From Abditibacterium sp. (lineage in GTDB: Bacteria > Armatimonadota > Abditibacteriia > Abditibacteriales > Abditibacteriaceae), in the NCBI GenBank assembly GCA_965246885.1, contig OZ251992.1:992001-1056000 (forward strand): a stretch of DNA of 64,000 nucleotides, in the 5' to 3' direction. The translations under genes and the position numbers were made by a program. The notes beneath the pieces were generated by a model, which worked only from the letters and a program-made list of their open reading frames with translations, made no database searches and was not told where the DNA came from. This document shows positions 11,806 through 19,116 of the stretch, piece by piece (within the stretch, counting starts at the first letter, position 1; every line of letters starts with the position of its first letter).

Positions 11806-12453
11806 CTACAAAAGCGGCACAAGCGGCGGGTTTTGCGATTCGCGGATGGCAAAGCCTTTGGGCGGCACGAATTGCGCTCCCGCGACGCTCGCAAGTTTGG
11901 CGTAATGGCTCCACGAGGCGACGACGCGCAAGCCGCCGCTGGTGGCTTCGAGGCGCAAAGGCAGGGAATCGGAGCGCCGGAGCCACGCGCGCGCTTTGGC
12001 GAAGCGTTGGTTGGGGCGCGCGACATCGAAGATTTCAACGGGGACGCCATCCAAGACCCCCACGCCCGCGCGCTTGGCGCCGTTTTGCAAGAGGGCGGCG
12101 CGCATTTGGGCGGGGCTGCGCAGCAGTTGTTGTGGGTCGAAGCCGCCGAAGTCACTGCCTCGCACTTTGGACAAGTTCCACTTCACGCCCGCTTTGGCGT
12201 CGGGCAATAAGCGGTAAACAAAGGGCGGCGTGTAGAGAACGACGGAGCGTCCGGCGCCGCCGTTGGTTTCGACGCGCGCCTTCGAGCCGCTCAGCGTGAC
12301 ATGCGCGCGCACGGTTTGTGGGGGAAACTGGCTTTTGCCCGTCGCCATCACGCGGGCGGTGACGTCGAAGCCCAAACCGGGCGCTGCCTGCGCGCGCGAA
12401 CAGAGTAAAAGGGCGGCGCAGATCAAAGGGGGGAGAAAAAAGGCGAGTTTCAT
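11806..12453 (-). CDS. Secreted LolA/DUF4412-like protein
   Basis: Signal peptide ending AQA; KARAWLRRSDSLPLR and FVPPKGF motifs typical of LolA-fold proteins. Confidence 0.6.
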   Translation of the reverse strand: MKLAFFLPPLICAALLLCSRAQAAPGLGFDVTARVMATGKSQFPPQTVRAHVTLSGSKARVETNGGAGRSVVLYTPPFVYRLLPDAKAGVKWNLSKVRGSDFGGFDPQQLLRSPAQMRAALLQNGAKRAGVGVLDGVPVEIFDVARPNQRFAKARAWLRRSDSLPLRLEATSGGLRVVASWSHYAKLASVAGAQFVPPKGFAIRESQNPPLVPLL

Positions 12454-12493
12454 GGTGTGTTGTGCCGAAGCAACCGCGTGTGCAGGAGATTTT

Positions 12494-12976
12494 ATGAAAC
12501 CTTTGCTGGAAGTGAGTGGCGCGCTCTGCGTCGAGTATCGTATTCGCGCGGCATCTCTCGATAGTGATGCCCGGCTTATCCAAGAGGAGCGGCGCGTCGC
12601 AGGCGGCGAGGCGGGCTGGTGCGCTTTGGCAGGTGCGCGCGTGGGCGCGGCGGTGCGCGTGACTGGCTGGGTCGGCGACGACGCGCACGGGCGCTTTTTA
12701 CTCGCGGAATTGGGCGCGGCGGGAGTGGAACTCAATGTCGAAGTGCGTCCGGGAATCGCAACGCCGTACGCCATCTTGATTCGCGCGCCCGATGGCGCCG
12801 TGCAAACGCTGCTGTCGCCCGAAGCGGCGCGCTCCGGGGACGCAGGCGCCCAAGCGCAGTTGCTCGAAACCCTCGCGCGAACGCTGGGCGAAGTCTGCGC
12901 GGCGGGCGAGGTCGCGCGGCGGTTGCGAGCCTTTGAAGCCGGATTTGGCGACTTGTCGGCGCTCGATGGTGCTTGA
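12494..12976 (+). CDS. Truncated or degenerate PfkB-family carbohydrate kinase-like protein
   Basis: AGGEAGWCALAGARVGAAVRVTGWVGDDAHG matches PfkB signature 1; only 160 aa; AGGAG RBS upstream. Confidence 0.6.
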   Translation: MKPLLEVSGALCVEYRIRAASLDSDARLIQEERRVAGGEAGWCALAGARVGAAVRVTGWVGDDAHGRFLLAELGAAGVELNVEVRPGIATPYAILIRAPDGAVQTLLSPEAARSGDAGAQAQLLETLARTLGEVCAAGEVARRLRAFEAGFGDLSALDGA

Positions 12977-13041
12977 ACGGAAGCGGAAGCCCCCGGTTTG
13001 ACAGGGCTGTGCCGGAGCAAACTTTGCCCGCCGTGCCAGAT

Positions 13042-13209
13042 CGCCGGGCCGGGGAATTCACCCGCCCGACTAATTCTTTGGCTGCCGCGCCCCGGTGGAT
13101 GAATGGCGCGCCCCGGTGGATGAATGGCGCGCCTAATTGTCCGATCGCCCGGCCAAATTTTCTGCGTGCCCAACCCAGTCATTTGTCCGCACGGCTTGGA
13201 TAATCAACA
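13042..13209. repeat. Degenerate 21-bp period intergenic array (family B)
   Basis: About 8 units in register, two nearly identical (gcgccccggtggatgaat at 13087 and 13108). Confidence 0.7.
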
Positions 13210-13342
13210 ACTGGCCCGCCCGCAATGACAAGCGACTCTGCGGACTTTCCCCGCTTTCCCCCGCGAAACGCGAAGCGCGCAGTTAGGGTTAGGCGTCGGG
13301 AAGGGGCAATCCTGCGGCTCGTCGCTTGCGGAGAACTCCATT

Positions 13343-13879
13343 ATGGCTTTGATTGAAATGACTGTCGAGGGCATCGGGATTGACCCGTCCAATAACCCGC
13401 TCGTGTTGCTCCGGGACGCCGAGCGCAAAGTGTTCGTGCCGATTTGGATTGGCCCCGCCGAGGCGGTTTCGATCCAGATGGAACTTAACGCGCAGGCCGC
13501 GCCGCGTCCGATGACGCACGACTTGATGGTGACGCTTTTGCACCAACTCAACGCGAAGCTCGTGCGGGTGACGGTCAACGAATTCTCTGACTCCGTTTAT
13601 TACGCGTCGCTCCATCTGCAAAGCGACAAGAACGGCGCGACCCACGAGATAGATGCGCGCCCCTCCGACGCCATCGCGCTCGCGCTTCGCACGCAAGCAC
13701 AGATTTGGGTCAGCGACGAAGTGGCGCTCAAGGCGGGCATTTTGGTCGAGGAAAACTCGCCGCTCGCGCTCCCCTCGTCCTCGCACGAAGAAGCGGCCTT
13801 GGTGGATGACGCGGGCGAACTGGATAGGTTGGAGCGGTTGCTGGACGGCGTGAATCTGGGCGACGACAAGCGAAAATAA
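13343..13879 (+). CDS. Bifunctional nuclease family protein (DUF151)
   Basis: PIWIGPAEA, PRPMTHDL, EIDARPSDAIALALR; GGAG RBS. Confidence 0.93.
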   Translation: MALIEMTVEGIGIDPSNNPLVLLRDAERKVFVPIWIGPAEAVSIQMELNAQAAPRPMTHDLMVTLLHQLNAKLVRVTVNEFSDSVYYASLHLQSDKNGATHEIDARPSDAIALALRTQAQIWVSDEVALKAGILVEENSPLALPSSSHEEAALVDDAGELDRLERLLDGVNLGDDKRK

Positions 13880-13971
13880 TCACAGAGAGTTTTGAACATG
13901 GGGGGCAATAGGGCGTCTGGGCCTTTGACTTCGCCGCTTCGGGCGGCTTGGAGCCAACCCAAGGAAAACCC

Positions 13972-14457
13972 ATGCAACTCAAATCCCGCGTTCTCGCCCT
14001 GCCCCTTGCGGCCATTCTCGCGTCCGGCGCCCTGCTTTCGGCCACCCCCGCCGAGGCCAGAACCAAAAGCAAAGACTACAAAACCGGCGCCATTGCTTTG
14101 GGCGCGCTCGGCGCTTATCTCATCGCCAAAGGTAAGACCGGCGTCGGTGCCGCCGTGTTGGGCGGCGGCGTCCTCGCTTACAACAAGAGCGAGCAACTGC
14201 GCAAGCGCGAGCGCAACGGCTACTACAACCCCCGCTACAACAGCAACTATCGCTATAACCCCACCAACAACGGGAGCTATGGCAACGGCAACTCCGGCTA
14301 CTATAACGGCAACAACGACTACCGCTATGACAACGCTCCGGCCAACAACTATAGAAGCAACGACAACGAGGGCGATTCGGACGAAGGAGAGCATGAAGGA
14401 CGCGGCCATCATTCGCACGGCAGAGGCCACCACTTTGGGCACTCCGAAGATCGCTAA
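13972..14457 (+). CDS. Secreted protein with glycine-zipper segment and Asn/Tyr/Gly-rich, His-rich tail
   Basis: AAGGA RBS, signal peptide ending AEA, GAIALGALGAY...GVGAAVLGGG, low-complexity C-terminus, followed by a terminator. Confidence 0.7.
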   Translation: MQLKSRVLALPLAAILASGALLSATPAEARTKSKDYKTGAIALGALGAYLIAKGKTGVGAAVLGGGVLAYNKSEQLRKRERNGYYNPRYNSNYRYNPTNNGSYGNGNSGYYNGNNDYRYDNAPANNYRSNDNEGDSDEGEHEGRGHHSHGRGHHFGHSEDR

Positions 14458-14463
14458 ACCCCC

Positions 14464-14495
14464 AAAACCCCCGGCTCATCGAGCCGGGGGTTTTT
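14464..14495 (+). terminator. Rho-independent terminator
   Basis: aaaacccccggctc-atc-gagccgggggttttt, directly after the 14457 stop. Confidence 0.85.
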
Positions 14496-14503
14496 CGTCC
14501 GTG

Positions 14504-14533
14504 TTGACCCGCGAGTGCTAAAAGCTGTAAAAT
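14504..14533 (+). promoter_or_regulatory. Candidate sigma70 promoter for yceD-rpmF-plsX
   Basis: TTGACC (14504-14509), 18-bp spacer, TAAAAT (14528-14533), just downstream of a terminator. Confidence 0.45.
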
Positions 14534-14663
14534 GTCAGGGCGCCGTCGCAAAGCGCCTCGCTTTGGCGGGGCGGAAAAAGCAGGGGCAACGCAGAGCATC
14601 GGTTTTGCGTTGGTTTTGTGTGTCTTTCACCCCGCCCTTGAAAAAGGGGCAGGAGATGGCGTT

Positions 14664-15185
14664 ATGAACCTTGATTTGTTGGAAATTTTGCGCGAACCGG
14701 GCGCACATATCGAGCGGGCAATTGCGATTCCGGCTGGCCTTCTCAAAGACGAGTGGGAATTAGCAGAACCCGTGACGGGACAAATTCGCGTGGCAAACGC
14801 GCGGCAGAACATCGTCGTGCGTGGGCACGCGACCACTGCGGTGGTGCTCCAATGCGCGCGCTGTTTGGGCGACTTCGGCTTTCCGGTCGAACTTGACTTG
14901 GATGTTGTGGTGCCGCTCTCCACGTTCAACGCGCAACTGGGCGCCATGCGCGTAAGCGACGACGGCGTGGAGGGGATGGAACTGTCGCCCGACGACATCG
15001 CGCTTTTGTTTAGCGAACACGCTCTCGATGTCGAGGAGTTGGTGCGCCAAGCCATCGTGCTCGCGATGCCGATTCAGCCTTTATGCAAACCGGACTGTCC
15101 CGGCTTGCCCGAAGCGAAAGCATACGTCGCGCGCGAAGCTGACCCGCGCTTGTCGGCTTTGAAAAATTTGATTAGTCCCAACTGA
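14664..15185 (+). CDS. yceD: YceD / DUF177 23S rRNA accumulation protein
   Basis: QCARCL and PIQPLCKPDCPGL...DPRLSALK motifs; upstream of rpmF; AGGAG RBS. Confidence 0.9.
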   Translation: MNLDLLEILREPGAHIERAIAIPAGLLKDEWELAEPVTGQIRVANARQNIVVRGHATTAVVLQCARCLGDFGFPVELDLDVVVPLSTFNAQLGAMRVSDDGVEGMELSPDDIALLFSEHALDVEELVRQAIVLAMPIQPLCKPDCPGLPEAKAYVAREADPRLSALKNLISPN

Positions 15186-15280
15186 GCGGCTGGCCTTGTG
15201 TCGTCGCCGTGAGGAGTAAGAACTGAAAATGTGAAAGGGGGCGAGCGGCCAAGTGCCGCTCGCCCCAGAGGAATAAAATT

Positions 15281-15484
15281 ATGGCTTTACCAAAACGTCG
15301 GAAATCGCACGCCAAAGTGCGCACCCGCCGCGCCCATTGGCGCGCGCAACCTATCACCATGACCAAGTGCCCCAACTGCACGGCGGTCATCCAACCGCAC
15401 CGCGCGTGCCTGACCTGCGGTCACTATAATGGCCGCGCTGTCATGCCGCCCAAATCCAAGACCACCGCGCGCGGCGACGACTAA
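15281..15484 (+). CDS. rpmF: 50S ribosomal protein L32 (Zn-ribbon type)
   Basis: MALPKRRKSHAKVRTRRAHW, CPNC..PHRACLTCGHY. Confidence 0.97.
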   Translation: MALPKRRKSHAKVRTRRAHWRAQPITMTKCPNCTAVIQPHRACLTCGHYNGRAVMPPKSKTTARGDD

Positions 15485-15488
15485 CCCC

Positions 15489-15579
15489 AACGCGGAAGTT
15501 GGAAACCGGAACGCGCAAAGAAGAACAGGGTGTCGCGGCCCGGTTTTCTTTTTCCGGTTTCCAACTTCCGCGTTTTTTT
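15489..15579 (+). terminator. Long hairpin plus U-tract between rpmF and plsX
   Basis: 23-bp perfect inverted repeat aacgcggaagttggaaaccggaa (15489-15511 / 15552-15574); a T7 run ends at the plsX ATG. Confidence 0.6.
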
Positions 15580-16617
15580 ATGCGAATTGCCATTGACGCG
15601 ATGGGCGGCGACTTCGCACCCGCCGAGGTTGTCGCGGGCGCCCTCGAAGCCGCGCGCGCAGATAACGACACGCATATCTTGCTCGTGGGCGACGAGGTCG
15701 CCGTGCGTGCCTTGTTGCCCTCGCCGTTGCCCGCCAATATCGAAGTCGTGCCATCGAGCCAAGTCGTCGAAATGGACGAATCGCCCGCGCACGTCCTGCG
15801 CGCCAAGAAAGATTCCTCGCTCGCGGTCGCCACGCGCTTGCACGCCGAAGGAAAGGCCGACGCGTGCTTAAGCGCGGGCAACACCGGCGCTGCGGCGGCG
15901 TTCGCGCTTTTCACGTTGGGCCGCATTGAAGGCATTGACCGCCCCGGCATTGCGACCGTTTTTCCAACTGCTTCCACGCCGTGCGTCCTGATGGATGCGG
16001 GCGCGAATGTGGACTGCAAGCCGCGCCACCTCGCCGATTTTGCGCTCATGGGCGCCGCCTACGCGCCCGTCATACGCGGTATTTTGCCCGACGAAGGCGC
16101 GCGCAACTCCCAAAAGCCCGTCACCGTCGGCTTGCTTTCCATCGGCGAGGAAGATTCCAAGGGCAACGAGTTGGTCAAAACCTCCCGTGAAGGCATCGCC
16201 GCCAACGCCGCGCGCGGCCACTTCCAGTTTGTCGGCAACGTCGAGGGCCGCGATATCCCCAAGGGCACCGCCGATGTCGTGGTGTGCGACGGCTTCGTGG
16301 GCAACGTCGTCCTCAAACTCGCCGAAGGCTTCGCTTCCTTGTTTCTGGGCGGCCTTAAAGACGCGCTCATGGCCTCGCCACAATCGAAGTTGGGCGCCCT
16401 GCTCCTCGCGCCCGCCCTGCGCCGTATGAGAGGACGCTTCGATCACGCCAACTTCGGCGGCGCCGCGTTACTGGGCGTCAAGGGCAATTGCATTATCTGT
16501 CACGGCTCGGCCAAAGCCAAGGCTATCGCGTCGGCTATCCGCGTCGCCAAAGTCGTCGTTGCCGCCCGCGTCCCCGAAGCCATCGCTCGTGCCGCCGCCA
16601 TCCCGCCCAACAAGTGA
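15580..16617 (+). CDS. plsX: Phosphate acyltransferase PlsX
   Basis: MRIAIDAMGGDFAP, SAGNTGA, DAGANVD, VCDGFVGNVVLK, IICHGS. Confidence 0.97.
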   Translation: MRIAIDAMGGDFAPAEVVAGALEAARADNDTHILLVGDEVAVRALLPSPLPANIEVVPSSQVVEMDESPAHVLRAKKDSSLAVATRLHAEGKADACLSAGNTGAAAAFALFTLGRIEGIDRPGIATVFPTASTPCVLMDAGANVDCKPRHLADFALMGAAYAPVIRGILPDEGARNSQKPVTVGLLSIGEEDSKGNELVKTSREGIAANAARGHFQFVGNVEGRDIPKGTADVVVCDGFVGNVVLKLAEGFASLFLGGLKDALMASPQSKLGALLLAPALRRMRGRFDHANFGGAALLGVKGNCIICHGSAKAKAIASAIRVAKVVVAARVPEAIARAAAIPPNK

Positions 16618-16761
16618 AGCGTTGCGGCTTATCGCTCTTTAGCGCAATTCGCAACTTAAAGGGCCAAAAGCGTTCTATGTGATGCTTGATTTTTGCGGGA
16701 GCAACTTGCGGCACGCCGTTGTTTCTTGCGCGTCCAAGCCATGCGCCAGTTTGAAATTCCG

Positions 16762-17652
16762 ATGTCTTCCGGCGAAACCACCTCGCAACTCGCCGGGCCA
16801 AATCCTGCGCCCGACGCCCCCTCCAACGCCCCCAAGCCCGCGCCCCCGCGCCCGCAAGTGCGTGCCGCCCCCTCGCGTGTCGTGAAGTGCTACCTTTCCA
16901 TCCTCGTCCCCGCTTACAACGAAGAAAAGCGCTTGCCCGATACGCTCGACGCCATTGCCGACTACCTCAAAAGGCGCGACTTCTCGCACGAACTGCTGGT
17001 TGTGGACGACGGCTCGCGCGACAAAACCCGCGATGTGGTGCGCGAGTTCGCCCAAACCCGCCCTTGGGTGCGTCTCGTTTCTTACGATGACGACGCCGGG
17101 AAGCCGCTTAACCGGGGCAAAGGCTTCGCCGTGCGCGCCGGGGTCGAATCCGCCGTTGGCCGCGACATTCTGTTCACCGATGCCGACCTTTCCACGCCCA
17201 TCGAAGACATGGAGCGCCTTTTGCCGCCCATCTCGCGCGGCGACTGCGACATCGCCATCGCTTCGCGCGCCTTGCCAGAGTCGAACTTGGCCGTTCATCA
17301 GCCCAAACACCGCGAACTGATGGGCCGCACTTTCAACAAGATCGTGCAACTGCTCGCCGTTCCCGGCGTGCAGGACACCCAGTGCGGCTTTAAAGCCTTT
17401 CGCGGCGACGTTGCCAAGCGCTTGTTCGCCCTCGCGCACATTGAGGGCTTTGGCTTCGACCCCGAAATCCTCTTCCTCGCCTCGAAATACGGCTACCGCA
17501 CGCGCGAAATCCCCGTGACGTGGCGGCACTGCGACAACTCGCGCGTCAACCCACTCACCGCGCCCATCTCGATGCTGCGCGAACTGTTAGAAATTCGCTG
17601 GAACGACGCGCGCGGGATGTACGACGAAGACGTCAAACAGTTGGGGGGTTGA
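16762..17652 (+). CDS. GT2 glycosyltransferase, dolichyl-phosphate beta-glucosyltransferase-like
   Basis: SILVPAYNEEKRL, VVDDGSRD, NRGKGFAVRAG, FTDADLS, DTQCGFKAF; start uncertain (16741 or 16762). Confidence 0.92.
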   Translation: MSSGETTSQLAGPNPAPDAPSNAPKPAPPRPQVRAAPSRVVKCYLSILVPAYNEEKRLPDTLDAIADYLKRRDFSHELLVVDDGSRDKTRDVVREFAQTRPWVRLVSYDDDAGKPLNRGKGFAVRAGVESAVGRDILFTDADLSTPIEDMERLLPPISRGDCDIAIASRALPESNLAVHQPKHRELMGRTFNKIVQLLAVPGVQDTQCGFKAFRGDVAKRLFALAHIEGFGFDPEILFLASKYGYRTREIPVTWRHCDNSRVNPLTAPISMLRELLEIRWNDARGMYDEDVKQLGG

Positions 17653-17702
17653 AGTCGCTCCCGCGTTTAAATTCGCATTTCTAAAGCACAAATAGAAGCC
17701 AC

Positions 17703-17739
17703 CGAAGCCGCGCTGGGTTTCGGCGCGGCTTCGTGTTTT
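17703..17739 (+). terminator. Probable terminator after the GT2 gene
   Basis: cgaagccgcgc ... gcgcggcttcg stem followed by tgtttt. Confidence 0.6.
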
Positions 17740-17796
17740 CTGGCGCCAGAGAAATTTCCGAAAAATGTTTAAAAGGGCGGCGAGATGGGCATACTG

Positions 17797-17812
17797 TTCA
17801 ATACGCATTGAA
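17797..17812. promoter_or_regulatory. Candidate LacI-type operator
   Basis: TTCAATACGCATTGAA, a near-perfect palindrome with central CG, about 26 bp upstream of a LacI gene. Confidence 0.55.
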
Positions 17813-17838
17813 AAGAGTCGTCTGCAATGCCGAGGTTT

Positions 17839-18882
17839 ATGCCAGTCACGCAAAAGCAGATCGCCGACCAGTTGGGATTGTCTCAGCCCATTGTCGCTCA
17901 GGCACTGGGCGGACATCCGGGCGTGGCGGCGGCGACGCGACAGCGCGTCGAAGATGCGGCGCGCGAATTGGGATACGATGCGTTTTCCAACGGCTCGGCC
18001 CGTTCCCTCGCGGCGCGGCGCTTTGGCAAGCGGGCTAAAACCGGGACTCTGGCGATTTTGATGGGCGACTATTTCGAGGGAATGGCGCTGGAACAAGTGC
18101 CCTTTTTCCGCGAGTTGTTGGAAGGCTTTCACGCCGGAGCCAAGGAGCAGGACGTGGAGTTGTCGCTGTGCTTGCAAGCCCCAACGCCACTCAACGTTCC
18201 GCGCACGGTGCTACACGGCGAAATGGACGGCGCGCTGTGCGTCTATCGCGCTGATATGAGCGCGCTTTTGCGCTCCCACACGTTGCCCATTCCGGTTTTG
18301 CGAGTGGGCGACGCGGCGCCGGGCGAGTTCGCGGTGCTGGCTGATGATCGGAGCGGCATATTACAAGCGACGCGCCACCTCATCGAGTTGGGCCACACGC
18401 GCATCGCCTATGTGGGCGACTTGCGGCTTGATTCGCCGAATGTGTCTTACCAAGAGCGTTTGGCGGGTTATCATTGCGCTCTCGAAGAAGCGGGATTGCC
18501 TTTTGATGCTGCGCTCGTCGTGAGCGACATCGGAGAACCAACCAAACGGGCGGGCGCTTGGGGATTCGACACCCTGCGGGGGCGCGGCGTGAAGTTCTCG
18601 GCGGCGGTTTGTTTCAACGATCAATCGGCGCTGGGTTTCATCGGACGCGCCCAAGGGTGCGGCTTGCGAGTGCCCCGCGACTTGAGCGCAACGGGCTTCG
18701 ACGGCGGCAGCGAAGGTTTGCCTTCAGGTGACCGCCTGACCAGCGCCAGTTTCGACCGGATAGAGATGGGCCGCCGCGCCATCGAACTGCTGTGCGAAGC
18801 CGTCAACCACGACGGCCAACCACGTCCAACTTGCATCGTGCCAACGCAACTTCGCGTTGGCCACACAACCAAGGTTCTTTAG
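17839..18882 (+). CDS. LacI family transcriptional regulator
   Basis: VTQKQIADQLGLSQPIVAQAL HTH, HLIELGHTRIAY, CFNDQSALG, VPRDLSATGFD. Confidence 0.93.
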   Translation: MPVTQKQIADQLGLSQPIVAQALGGHPGVAAATRQRVEDAARELGYDAFSNGSARSLAARRFGKRAKTGTLAILMGDYFEGMALEQVPFFRELLEGFHAGAKEQDVELSLCLQAPTPLNVPRTVLHGEMDGALCVYRADMSALLRSHTLPIPVLRVGDAAPGEFAVLADDRSGILQATRHLIELGHTRIAYVGDLRLDSPNVSYQERLAGYHCALEEAGLPFDAALVVSDIGEPTKRAGAWGFDTLRGRGVKFSAAVCFNDQSALGFIGRAQGCGLRVPRDLSATGFDGGSEGLPSGDRLTSASFDRIEMGRRAIELLCEAVNHDGQPRPTCIVPTQLRVGHTTKVL

Positions 18883-19041
18883 GAGAGCCTCCGCCACAAT
18901 GAAAGTGTGTTTCTGGGCCGCCACTTCGACGGCGCCAACGTGGCGTTTTTCGATGGGCACGTCAAATGGCTGCGCCTTGACAAGCCCGCTTCTAAAAACG
19001 CGCGGGGCAACTATCCGTTCTTCACAAAGACCGCTGACTGA
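18883..19041 (+). pseudogene. C-terminal remnant of a prepilin/DUF1559-type protein (H-X9-DG-CTERM motif)
   Basis: Hand translation: ESLRHNESVFLGRHFDGANVAFFDGHVKWLRLDKPASKNARGNYPFFTKTAD*; no good start; in frame right after the LacI TAG. Confidence 0.75.
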
Positions 19042-19116
19042 GATTACATCTCCCGTGAAGCGTCCTCTCCCTTTCCTGCCTTTGAGCGAGAACAGGAGCG
19101 GGCGCTCTTCTTAATC

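Noticed and set aside
14495..14521. CIRCE element (GAGTGCTAA at 14513-14521)
   Set aside because: Only the right half-site is present; the left position reads tcgtccgtg, not TTAGCACTC, and the downstream genes are not chaperones.
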